From an uncultured virus (IMG/VR IMGVR_UViG_3300048930_001331) (Duplodnaviria; Heunggongvirae; Uroviricota; Caudoviricetes), in the IMG/VR virus record IMGVR_UViG_3300048930_001331: a DNA stretch of 20,000 nucleotides; one strand, given 5' to 3'. A program made the position numbers and the translations under genes. The notes below the pieces were generated by a model. It was given only the letters and a program-made list of their open reading frames with translations. It made no database searches and was not told the DNA's origin. Positions 1 to 7,921 of this stretch are shown here, in pieces (position 1 is the first letter of the stretch; each line of letters opens with the position of its first letter).

Positions 1-201
1 AATGAGATCGAGAAGAACTCGGTTCTCGATCACCTGATGGCGGGAGGCAACCTGTCTCAGTACGGCCTGCATGCCGCAATCACGCGTGCTGCTCAGGATG
101 TCGCCGATTACGACCGAGCGACTGAATTCGAGTACCTGGGCGGCAAGGTCATCGACCTGACCAAGACCGAGTGGAAGCAGGTCGAGGCGCTCGCGGCTTA
201 A
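1..201 (+). CDS. C-terminal part of a DUF932-like phage protein (5' truncated by window)
   Basis: Frame 1 open from base 1 to TAA 199-201: NEIEKNSVLDHLMAGGNLSQYGLHAAITRAAQDVADYDRATEFEYLGGKVIDLTKTEWKQVEALAA, resembling the DUF932 C-terminus (YGLxxAxTRAAQD..YDRATE.E..GG); not in the ORF track. Confidence 0.65.
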   Translation, partial: NEIEKNSVLDHLMAGGNLSQYGLHAAITRAAQDVADYDRATEFEYLGGKVIDLTKTEWKQVEALAA

Positions 202-300
202 AGCAATGGGTCGCGCGACGGGACGGGCAAGTCCTGCTGCGCGACCCTCCATCCAGTGATGGGTGGATCACTGGACGAATTTCACACACGGAGAAACGGC

Positions 301-852
301 ATGACGGTATGGTTCACCGCCGACACCCACTTCTATCACAAACGGATCATCGACCTGGCGAAACGCCCATTCTCTTCGGTCGAAGAGATGGACGAGACGA
401 TGATCGCCCGCTGGAACGAGCGCGTCCAGAAGGGCGACACTGTCTATCACCTGGGCGACTTCGCCTTCACGGATCACACGCCATATCTCGAGCGGCTAAA
501 TGGCCACAAGGTGCTCGTCATCGGCAACCACGATCACAGCAACCGGATCAGGCGCGCCGAGGGGTGGATGACGCACAGGCATCTTCTGGAAGTCAAGGTC
601 GATGACCAACCGGTCGTGCTGTGTCACTACCGCATGAATGTCTGGAATAGATCGCACCACGGCGCGATCCACCTGTACGGCCACAGTCACGGCAATCTTG
701 AGGGCGACAGCCAGAGCCAGGATGTCGGCGTTGATGTCTGGGACTTTAGGCCGGTGACGCTCGACGAGATCAAGGAGCAGCTGCGATTAAACCGCAGGCG
801 CATCGAACCAGATCACCACCAACCACGGCTGACCGCCGTTAAGCGAGGTTGA
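301..852 (+). CDS. Calcineurin-like metallophosphoesterase
   Basis: Motifs FTADTHF (DxH), HLGDF (GD), GNHD, LCHY, GHSH; start moved to ATG 301 after GGAGA. Confidence 0.92.
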   Translation: MTVWFTADTHFYHKRIIDLAKRPFSSVEEMDETMIARWNERVQKGDTVYHLGDFAFTDHTPYLERLNGHKVLVIGNHDHSNRIRRAEGWMTHRHLLEVKVDDQPVVLCHYRMNVWNRSHHGAIHLYGHSHGNLEGDSQSQDVGVDVWDFRPVTLDEIKEQLRLNRRRIEPDHHQPRLTAVKRG

Positions 853-854
853 GG

Positions 855-1088
855 ATGCCGAAGTCGCTTCCAACTTGCGCAGTAACCGGCCGGATCGCTG
901 GCGATGGTTTCGCGTGCGGCGACTGCGACCCGTGCATGGCGACACATCTTGTCCCCGATGTCGTCAAGCAACTCATCAAAGAACGCGACGAGTGGGCTGA
1001 CAAATACGCCGACGCGATGGAAACGATCCAAGATTATCGTGACGAAGTTTTCAAATTGCGCCATCCCGGCGCCCGAACAAACCGTTAA
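855..1088 (+). CDS. Hypothetical protein, Cys-rich N-terminus and coiled-coil C-terminus
   Basis: ATG 855 follows the previous stop, GAGG upstream; CGDCDPC motif; ends just before the terminator. Confidence 0.65.
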   Translation: MPKSLPTCAVTGRIAGDGFACGDCDPCMATHLVPDVVKQLIKERDEWADKYADAMETIQDYRDEVFKLRHPGARTNR

Positions 1089-1110
1089 ACCCGCCTAAAC
1101 GATTGCACAG

Positions 1111-1143
1111 AAAGCCCCGGTCGCAAGGCCGGGGCTTTTTTAT
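1111..1143. terminator. Rho-independent terminator, probably bidirectional
   Basis: AAAGCCCCGGTC-GCAA-GGCCGGGGCTTT hairpin followed by a T run and preceded by A residues; lies between convergent operons. Confidence 0.88.
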
Positions 1144-1179
1144 TGCGCCGCGAACAGGACGGCCCTCCGAAAACTATGC

Positions 1180-1857
1180 TTACCGAAACGGATGATCACG
1201 CTTCGGCTTCTCTCTCGACTTCTGACGCCGCGCCTTGCGCCGGCCTGAGCCCGGCTTCTCCCGACGCGGATCGTCGTGGATGTATGGCGACACGTTGTCG
1301 ATGGGAGCGTATTCACCGGCGTCTGCGGACGCTCCTGGCGAATGTGAGCGGAATTTGGATTTTTCCGGACCGAATGTCAAGCCCTTGATGCTGCCACCAA
1401 GGCTATCCACCATCCGTTGTGTCCGCTCCCGCACCACCTGTCGGCACCGCTCCATCATCTCGGCGTGCGTGAAGGTCCGGATGTTGAGCTTTTTCGCCGC
1501 GATCAGCACGCTCTGCCGGGCCAGATCAGCCGGGATATCGTGCCAGCCGGTGTCGAGCTGCCGGTTTGCCTTCAGGAGCAGGTCTTCCGCCGCGCCGCGG
1601 ATTTGTCCGGCCAGCGGCCTACCGGCGGTCCAGAGCACGAGAAAAGTCTGGATCGGCCGCGGATTGCCGTCCTGCAATTTGCGGATCGCATCGCAGGGAT
1701 CAGACGTCGTGCCGAGCCTTACCGGCCCCTCCCGGAAGCCAACCACGAACACCGCCGTGTAGCCGAGCTTGCGAAGATCACGACCCAGCCCTCTCTGAAT
1801 GGGCGGCGCGCCATATTTCGTCAACGGCGTCCTCGTAGCGAAGTCTGATGATCTCAT
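1180..1857 (-). CDS. GIY-YIG/T5orf172-like protein, apparently degenerate (start uncertain)
   Basis: YTAVFVVGFREGPVRLGTTSDP..IRKLQDGNPRPI matches the T5orf172-type pattern YxI..GPVKIGxxxxP..RL..LQxGNP; last gene of the - operon; start could be 1875, 1857 or a downstream TTG. Confidence 0.55.
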   Translation of the reverse strand: MRSSDFATRTPLTKYGAPPIQRGLGRDLRKLGYTAVFVVGFREGPVRLGTTSDPCDAIRKLQDGNPRPIQTFLVLWTAGRPLAGQIRGAAEDLLLKANRQLDTGWHDIPADLARQSVLIAAKKLNIRTFTHAEMMERCRQVVRERTQRMVDSLGGSIKGLTFGPEKSKFRSHSPGASADAGEYAPIDNVSPYIHDDPRREKPGSGRRKARRQKSREKPKRDHPFR

Positions 1858-2209
1858 GGCTAACATGGAGGGCATCTCCCATTGCTCTGAAGCTCATACC
1901 GAGCGTCTTCCAGACGACGATTCGCCGCGCGATCTGATCCAGTCCGCGGCCCCACGACAGGACGTCAAGATAAGTGCTGACATCCTGCGGTGTAGGTTTG
2001 AAGCGATCCTTCTCGACAGCATCAGGATCGTATGCGTCCATGTATTCCCGGATATATGCCGGCCATCCTTGGCCATAGCCACGCGGCCTGTCACGATCCG
2101 GAAGCGCAAACAATGTTTTGAGCGCGCGCTCGAACAGCACCTTGATGTCGCGACGCTCGACGAGGCTGACCTGATCGAGATGGCGGCGCGCAGCCTCACC
2201 CTTGTGCAT
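1778..2209 (-). CDS. DUF6362-like HTH protein, putative late-gene regulator (Q position)
   Basis: ATG 2209 with GGAGAG upstream; RALKTLFALPD..RGYGQGWP..PTPQDVS..LSW..RRIVVW..GMSFRAMG..LHVSHE with sigma-region-4-like HTH at C-terminus. Confidence 0.65.
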   Translation of the reverse strand: MHKGEAARRHLDQVSLVERRDIKVLFERALKTLFALPDRDRPRGYGQGWPAYIREYMDAYDPDAVEKDRFKPTPQDVSTYLDVLSWGRGLDQIARRIVVWKTLGMSFRAMGDALHVSHEIIRLRYEDAVDEIWRAAHSERAGS

Positions 2210-2921
2210 GCTCTCTCCAGACCGCCATTGCGACCGGCACAATATCGCGCACCAACTCGGCCATCGCCTCAGCGTAAACCCTGATCTCGTACTGAGCATG
2301 CTGGTGACAGCGCAGATCGAGGAAGTGCAGGAGATTGCGCAGATCGACCTTGGCGAACATCACGCTGTAGGTGCTGACCGGAAGCACCGATCGCGCCAGC
2401 TCTCGCGGCCATCCAGCGGCCAGCAAATTCCGGTAAATCCCGAACGACATGCGACATGCTGCCGAGTACGCGCCGATGTCACTTTCGACGTCGTCTTTGA
2501 CCCGGCAACCAAATCCGGACAGATCGCGACCTTGCTTGTTGTCCTTGCTCTGCTGACCGATGTTTTCAGCTGTCGGCGTATAGAACTCCTCCGGCAATTC
2601 GCGATAGCGCGCCGACAGCTCGTTGAAGCTCCAGGTCCTATGGCGATGCCATTGCCGGAAGACGAAGATCGGCGCCTTGACCTCGAACTGAAACTCCACC
2701 GCCTCGAACGGCGAGGTGTGCTTATTCTTCCAGAGGTATCGGATCAGGCGCTTGTCTGAACCCTCATCCTCACCGGCCCGCCACGCTGCGTCGTAACTCA
2801 CCCTCGCGGCGCGCACGATTGACAGATCCTCGCCCATGCTGTCGACGAGCCTGACGTAACCGTGGTCAAGGCATTTGATGGTTGGAGCCATCTGTCTGGC
2901 CGTTGCAAACAACCCGCTCAT
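2196..2921 (-). CDS. thyX: FAD-dependent thymidylate synthase ThyX
   Basis: Signature RHRTWSFNELSARY, plus AARVSY, HTSPFE, ELARSVLP, LRNLLHFLDLR..HAQYEIR. Confidence 0.97.
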   Translation of the reverse strand: MSGLFATARQMAPTIKCLDHGYVRLVDSMGEDLSIVRAARVSYDAAWRAGEDEGSDKRLIRYLWKNKHTSPFEAVEFQFEVKAPIFVFRQWHRHRTWSFNELSARYRELPEEFYTPTAENIGQQSKDNKQGRDLSGFGCRVKDDVESDIGAYSAACRMSFGIYRNLLAAGWPRELARSVLPVSTYSVMFAKVDLRNLLHFLDLRCHQHAQYEIRVYAEAMAELVRDIVPVAMAVWREHAQG

Positions 2922-3367
2922 TTCTCATCCCTCGCCGGCTGAGGCCCGGCTTCCTGATTTTGATATTTCCCGCTGTATGGATGCTCGGTCGCCTCATCGA
3001 GCCGATGGAAGATGATTTGCGCGATCGGCTCACCACGCCGGATGAAAATCGACCATTGAGAATGGTTCGTCAGCTCGATGGTGAGGTATCCGCACCAGCC
3101 GGGCTCGATAATGGTGTTCTGGCAGGCGAGCCCCTTACGCGCCCAGCTGGACTTGTCGCAAACCTGCGCCAGGACATCATTCGGCATCGTTAGCCGCTCC
3201 ATGATGGATGCGAGCTTGAAGGCTCCCGGCTGCAGCGAGATATCCTGATCGATACGAACATCGTAGCCAGCCACGCTCAGGCCGAACGTCTTCCCGGCGT
3301 GAACGGTGCGCTCGTGGAACGGCTCGACGATGCCGAGCCGACGAATGGTTTGTGCTGAGAGTATCAT
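2918..3367 (-). CDS. dcd: dCTP deaminase (trimeric dUTPase superfamily)
   Basis: MILS start, GYDVR, DKSSWARKGL, IEPGWCGYLTIELTN, GEPIAQIIF, YSGKYQNQ; ATG 3367 overlaps helicase stop (ATGA). Confidence 0.93.
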   Translation of the reverse strand: MILSAQTIRRLGIVEPFHERTVHAGKTFGLSVAGYDVRIDQDISLQPGAFKLASIMERLTMPNDVLAQVCDKSSWARKGLACQNTIIEPGWCGYLTIELTNHSQWSIFIRRGEPIAQIIFHRLDEATEHPYSGKYQNQEAGPQPARDEK

Positions 3368-4512
3368 CGGACCTGCCACACCCATGGATCGCTGATCGCG
3401 ATCCAGCCACGCTCACGCAGAACCTTTCCAGCGTTCTGGAACGCCTTCTGCTTGACGTCTTCCTTCTCGCTCATGATGAGACCCTGCCTGAAGCAGTAAT
3501 CCCGCCAGACCTTCCAATCGACGGCACTCGTCACGGCTGCCGGGACCGATGTGGTGGACGGCCTCGTGCCATGATCCAGAAGCGCTTGTGTGAGGCACTG
3601 GTACGCGACCTTCGCCGCTCCCTTCAGAATCGGCCCGCGCGTGATCGCCTTGGCTTCATCCTGAGCCTCCATGACGACGCAGGTCGTCTCGTCCTCCCCA
3701 AACTCGTTCTTTCCCAGCTCGACCCGCTTCAGCCGGAAGTGGAGCCGGACGCCATCCTGTTCATCCTTCTGCTTGCCTACGCGGGCGGTCAGAAGTCTGG
3801 ACTCGTCTTTCGTCAGCTCGATCATGGTGTCGGCGGCGGCCGGAAGGCCCGTATGGCCGCGCGGCCCCTTGAGGCCATCCTTGCCGACGTGGTGGACGAA
3901 CAGCCCGGTGATGTTCCCGAGCTGCCGGCGGATGCGATCGACGTTGTCGACCACGAGCCCCATGTGCTCGCTCGAATTCTCGTTCGCCCTCGGGATACAC
4001 CGAGCCAGAGTGTCAAACACGACACATCCAAGCTTCACCCCCATGTCGGATTCCATCCGACCGCCGATGCGCTTACACTCCTCGACGAAGGCCTTGCACT
4101 CTTCCTCCTCCATCAGGTTCACGCGCTGCTGCATCAGAACCAGAGGAATATCCCAGACCGAGTCGGTTGGCCCGTTGTGCTGCGCCCATGCCTTGAAGCG
4201 CTTGCGCAGCCCGGCGCGACCTTCGGCGCCGACATAGATGACGCCGCATTGCTCGATCCGGTGCTCGCGCCACGCCCCACCCATTGCGATGTTGGCGGCC
4301 AGATCCATGCAGATGAATGTCTTGGCGGTGCCGTATCCGCCGTAGAGCATCGCGAGCGAGTCCTCCGGAAGAATGCGGTTCACGATCCAGCGCTGCGCCG
4401 GCACATCCTTGATGACATCCTTGAACCACATCGCATCGAAGCGAGGCTGCTCGATGTAGTCCTTAGTCTCGCGCTCGAACTGCTCGAAGGGGACGACGTT
4501 GGGGCCACTCAT
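3364..4512 (-). CDS. RepA-like/AAA_25 SF4-type replicative helicase
   Basis: Walker A variant LYGGYGTAKT, VIYVGAEG, Walker B VVFDTLAR, HHVGKDGLKGPRGHTGLPAAAD, KQKD motif. Confidence 0.9.
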   Translation of the reverse strand: MSGPNVVPFEQFERETKDYIEQPRFDAMWFKDVIKDVPAQRWIVNRILPEDSLAMLYGGYGTAKTFICMDLAANIAMGGAWREHRIEQCGVIYVGAEGRAGLRKRFKAWAQHNGPTDSVWDIPLVLMQQRVNLMEEEECKAFVEECKRIGGRMESDMGVKLGCVVFDTLARCIPRANENSSEHMGLVVDNVDRIRRQLGNITGLFVHHVGKDGLKGPRGHTGLPAAADTMIELTKDESRLLTARVGKQKDEQDGVRLHFRLKRVELGKNEFGEDETTCVVMEAQDEAKAITRGPILKGAAKVAYQCLTQALLDHGTRPSTTSVPAAVTSAVDWKVWRDYCFRQGLIMSEKEDVKQKAFQNAGKVLRERGWIAISDPWVWQVR

Positions 4513-4919
4513 ACTTCCACCTTCGCGGCGTCAGGATTGTTGGTCGGATTCGGCTTCGACGGATGAACATGCTCGCTCTGATCCGGGCCGAGCCGCATGC
4601 TGATCATGCGATCGACGGCCGCGCCGAGGAGCCCCTGCGGCGATCCATCCATGTTGCGCTTCATGGCGGCGGCCAGCACTTCGACCGGGCAGCCATACTG
4701 AAGCGCCAGCGACACCGCGACCGCGCCATCGTGCAGCGGCGCGTCCGCTTCGGAGCGCATGTCGGTGTTCATGAACAGCTCGGCCGGTTGACCGGTGTCC
4801 TCGAAGAAGCCGACCGACACGATGAATGAAGCACCAGCCGGTTTGTCCGGCATGGTCATGCGGACGATTTCCAATGGCCTCTTATTTGGAAGCCTCCGCC
4901 TGTCACCGTACTTGAGCAT
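4509..4919 (-). CDS. Stand-alone NrdJ C-terminal (TSCPD-like) domain protein
   Basis: RRRLPNKR..VSVGFFED.GQPAELFM..AVAVSLALQYGCPVE resembles the C-terminal domain of class II ribonucleotide reductases. Confidence 0.75.
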   Translation of the reverse strand: MLKYGDRRRLPNKRPLEIVRMTMPDKPAGASFIVSVGFFEDTGQPAELFMNTDMRSEADAPLHDGAVAVSLALQYGCPVEVLAAAMKRNMDGSPQGLLGAAVDRMISMRLGPDQSEHVHPSKPNPTNNPDAAKVEV

Positions 4920-6042
4920 TCTGCCCGCCTTCTTTTTCTGATTTGAGGACCGAAGCCCAATCGAAGCCGTCGTCGGCCATGCTGATGAAACCGCGTTTTC
5001 CCTGATGGACTGCGCGCCTCAGTCCAGCGAGCAATCGAGATCGCGTCATCGCCCGGTCGCTGTCGCCGTCGCCGAGAAAGATCAGCTCCTCGACCGCATC
5101 CGGAAACACGATCCCAGGCTGCTCCAGATCCGGCATGCCGTTCGGAATGCGCTTGCCGGGCTTCTCAGGGTGGCTGATGCTGCCGTTGCAGCGGCCGCAC
5201 ATATTTCCGAGAGACACGCCGGTCGCGAGACCGCAATCCTCATCCGAGAGATCGCACCACGCCCAGACGGTCTCGATCCCCTCGCCTATCGCCATGCGGG
5301 CGCGCGGTTCGGTCAGGAAGATCATCCCGCCCATCTGCTCGCCCATGACCTTCTTGGTCTTGTTTCGCGAGCGATCACCCGGAGGTATAAGTTTCGCCGG
5401 CCGCTCGGGATCGAGATAGGTCCGGTGAAGGCCAATGATTTGGCCCGCACCACGCGGGCCACTCTCACGGATCGCCGCAACCATCGCCGGGAAGTGGCCA
5501 AGTTCTACAATTTCCTCGCCGTCTTCAGCGAAGCCCCAATAGGCAAGCCGCGGCATAAAGCGGATGTCATGCGTCAGCTCCGGCCGGAATGTCAGGTGCC
5601 GGGCTTCGAGATATTTCTGCCCGTGCGTCCCCTCGATCTCCTGTGTCTTTGCCCATAACCATTGGACGCGCTGCCGGCTCTTCAACTTCTGCTCAGCCTC
5701 TTCGCGCGCTATCTGCGCCTGATAATCGGCGACCTGCTTACTCTCCTCGATTGTCAGCCTCCGAACACCGCCGAGCGTCTCGACGGCCTCCGGGAACGAC
5801 AGACCGTTGCGGAGCATCAGCAGATCGAAGTGATCGCCCCATTGACCGCAGCCGAAGCAATGCCATGAACCGCGCCGGTCATCGACCTTGCAGCTCGGCG
5901 TCCGCTCAAGATGAAAAGGACAAAGGCAAAATCCGCCCTTCACCTTGATATTAAGCCGCTGGAACACGCTGGAAATGCGCGTTCGCATCTTCAGGTATTC
6001 AAGCTCCTGCGGATCGAAGTTACGGTGCGTATTCGGCTGCAC
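4903..6042 (-). CDS. DNA primase (CHC2 zinc finger + Toprim)
   Basis: CPFHLERTPSC..WHCFGCG zinc finger; GLHRTYL, IGEGIET, FLGDGD Toprim motifs; GTG 6042 preceded by GGAGG. Confidence 0.92.
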   Translation of the reverse strand: MQPNTHRNFDPQELEYLKMRTRISSVFQRLNIKVKGGFCLCPFHLERTPSCKVDDRRGSWHCFGCGQWGDHFDLLMLRNGLSFPEAVETLGGVRRLTIEESKQVADYQAQIAREEAEQKLKSRQRVQWLWAKTQEIEGTHGQKYLEARHLTFRPELTHDIRFMPRLAYWGFAEDGEEIVELGHFPAMVAAIRESGPRGAGQIIGLHRTYLDPERPAKLIPPGDRSRNKTKKVMGEQMGGMIFLTEPRARMAIGEGIETVWAWCDLSDEDCGLATGVSLGNMCGRCNGSISHPEKPGKRIPNGMPDLEQPGIVFPDAVEELIFLGDGDSDRAMTRSRLLAGLRRAVHQGKRGFISMADDGFDWASVLKSEKEGGQNAQVR

Positions 6043-6667
6043 GAAGACGCCTCCCGTATTTCCAGTCCCAGAAGAACAAGGCGTGATTGTTCGATGGACC
6101 AACCATCTTCTCTCCGATCCCCTTGCAGGACCGGCACTGAACGCCGGATGGCAGGCTTCCTGAGCCGCTACATGGCTTGCACATCACGGGCTCGTCGAAC
6201 CACTTGATCCGCTTAAGCAGCGTCGTCTTACCGATAAAAGCTGCGTGCTCGCGGAATAGTCGCTGGCGCGTCGATCCGGAGTCGAAATCAACCGGAAGCA
6301 ACATGCAGACGCTGCCATCCCAGCTCTTGGTGACTTCCAGACTGCGATCGATGAACTGGATGGCCGTCTTGCCCTGGGGGCCGAACGGTGGGTTGGTGAT
6401 GATGTCCATCGGACCACGAAAGGGAAACTCAGATTCGAGGTAGTCCGCCTTTTTGGTAGTGCCAACCTCGGCGAGCGGCTTGATGTCGATCCCGTATGGG
6501 ATATGCCCATGCGCTGCAAAAACCCGCGTCATCGCGGCGTCACCACAGCAGGGATCGCAGATCTTCTTGTCCCATCGGTGCAGCTTCAGGATCAGCTCCG
6601 TCACCCACGCGGGCGTCGGATACCAGTCCCGGTCCTGCCTTTCATAATCAGAGCCACGAACAACCAT
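6020..6667 (-). CDS. Amino (likely N6-adenine) DNA methyltransferase with CxxCxGxG insert
   Basis: DWYPTPAW, SAM-binding DPCCGDA, GIDI, catalytic IITNPPF, MLLP; CKPCSGSG..CRSCKGIG near C-terminus. Confidence 0.85.
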   Translation of the reverse strand: MVVRGSDYERQDRDWYPTPAWVTELILKLHRWDKKICDPCCGDAAMTRVFAAHGHIPYGIDIKPLAEVGTTKKADYLESEFPFRGPMDIITNPPFGPQGKTAIQFIDRSLEVTKSWDGSVCMLLPVDFDSGSTRQRLFREHAAFIGKTTLLKRIKWFDEPVMCKPCSGSGSLPSGVQCRSCKGIGEKMVGPSNNHALFFWDWKYGRRLRAAEYAP

Positions 6668-7080
6668 CAGGCCACCCGAAGCTTGGCAGTGTTAGCCCAA
6701 GCCTCCTCGAACTCGCGCCGGATATCGGACTTGGTCTGCACAGCCATCACTGCTCGCGGCTTCGCCTTTGGTTTCGGCCTAAAAGGCACTCCCGTTTCAG
6801 CGGCTCGCTGCTGAGCCCTCTCCCTACGAACCTGCACACTGATCGCTACCGCCTTGAGCACATGCTGGCGCGCCTTCTCGGTTCCAGGCTCCAGACCAGC
6901 GGGTGGATGAGCATCGCGCGTTAGTCCGAGGCGGCTTATCTTTCCGATGACCGCGCTTCGCGAGACTGGAGCAAAATCCTTCGAGAGCGCGTCTGCAATC
7001 TGGACCGCGGACAGCGGTGGCTTCACGGCGTAAAGCTCGCGAAGTCGATCGACGGCACCCTCTGCTTCCCAAACACTCAC
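6667..7080 (-). CDS. gcrA: GcrA-family cell-cycle regulator-like protein (N-terminal HTH)
   Basis: W..VDRLRELY..LSAVQIADAL..VSRSAVIGKISRLGL matches the GcrA N-terminal signature (W...L..LW..G.SASQIA..L..SRNAVIGK.HRLGL). Confidence 0.8.
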   Translation of the reverse strand: MSVWEAEGAVDRLRELYAVKPPLSAVQIADALSKDFAPVSRSAVIGKISRLGLTRDAHPPAGLEPGTEKARQHVLKAVAISVQVRRERAQQRAAETGVPFRPKPKAKPRAVMAVQTKSDIRREFEEAWANTAKLRVA

Positions 7081-7427
7081 CGTGAACCCCTCGCCGCTTC
7101 GATCAGCAATTCCTCGTCGCCATAGATGATGCGCGTCATCCGCTTCCCACTCGCGAGCCCGACCTCGCGATCCTGAAGCGCAATCTCGATCAGACCGGCC
7201 ACAGATTTTGCCTTTCGGACATGCGCTCCGTAGAACGCATAGGGTGCAAGTTGACTGACCGGCTCATGATCCTCGCCGGCCCTCTTGGCAGCAGACGCGA
7301 CGCGCTTTTCATCACGCAACTTCAGGTCACGCTCGGCAGCCTGCATGATGTTCTGCGGCTTCAGTCGAATGAGCCGGGTGCCATGCTTTTGCAGAAGATC
7401 GCGCTCGGCCCGTTCCGACATGGTCAT
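7077..7427 (-). CDS. Hypothetical protein
   Basis: ATG 7427 overlaps the RuvC-like stop (ATGA); stop overlaps the GcrA-like start. Confidence 0.7.
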   Translation of the reverse strand: MTMSERAERDLLQKHGTRLIRLKPQNIMQAAERDLKLRDEKRVASAAKRAGEDHEPVSQLAPYAFYGAHVRKAKSVAGLIEIALQDREVGLASGKRMTRIIYGDEELLIEAARGSR

Positions 7428-7921
7428 CGCAGCACCGCATGCCCCGGAAACATCGCTTCCTGACAACGAAGCCCGAAGTTTGCGATCAGGATCGCCTCGG
7501 CACGACCGTGATCCTTCTTGCGCTTCAGTGCAGCCTCGGCGCCCGGATACATTCGGATCGCCAGCAGGCGGCTCTGCTCTTTGTCTGGACCCTTCAGACT
7601 AAAGAACTTCTTCCAAACCTGCGGAGTCACAGTCGCGAGCGGAATATCGAGCGAGCGAACAATGCCGCGCAGCGCCCCGTAAGCCATACCAAATCGGAAC
7701 GCTGCGCCGACATACTCGCCCGGCCTTGCGCCGACGCCCTCGACAACCGCGCGATGGATGATCCCGCCGCGCGTGATCCAACGAAGGACCACAAGGCCAT
7801 CGACCTCGCGCTGCTTTTCCTCACCGCGCGTCGGGATGTCGAAGACATCCACGGTGTCACGCTCGGTGTCGAGGATGCAGAGACCGCCCGAAAGGCCTGG
7901 ATCGATGCCGAGGATGCGCAT
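7424..7921 (-). CDS. ruvC: RuvC-like Holliday junction resolvase (phage type)
   Basis: MRILGIDPGLSG, AVVEGV, AFRFGMAYG, VTPQVWKK, DHGRAEAILIA; TGATG coupling at 7921. Confidence 0.88.
   Translation of the reverse strand: MRILGIDPGLSGGLCILDTERDTVDVFDIPTRGEEKQREVDGLVVLRWITRGGIIHRAVVEGVGARPGEYVGAAFRFGMAYGALRGIVRSLDIPLATVTPQVWKKFFSLKGPDKEQSRLLAIRMYPGAEAALKRKKDHGRAEAILIANFGLRCQEAMFPGHAVLR

Noticed and set aside
1074..1101. CGAACAAACCGTTAAACCCGCCTAAACG loosely resembling the repeat at the int 3' end
   Set aside because: Too degenerate to call an arm-type site, and phage-like genes continue on both sides
4320..4350. Non-canonical Walker A (GGYGTAKT) suggesting an inactive helicase
   Set aside because: Catalytic Lys-Thr, Walker B and downstream motifs are intact; a Gly-to-Ala change at this position is not enough to call inactivity
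3352..4566. 404-aa + strand ORF antisense to the helicase
   Set aside because: Shadow ORF typical of GC-rich codon usage; no recognisable motifs, while the - strand has clear helicase motifs and coupling
6020..7921. MTase plus RuvC-like nuclease as a restriction-modification or CRISPR-type (TnpB/Cas) system
   Set aside because: The nuclease is a small stand-alone phage resolvase; no REase, array or guide-like structure is seen
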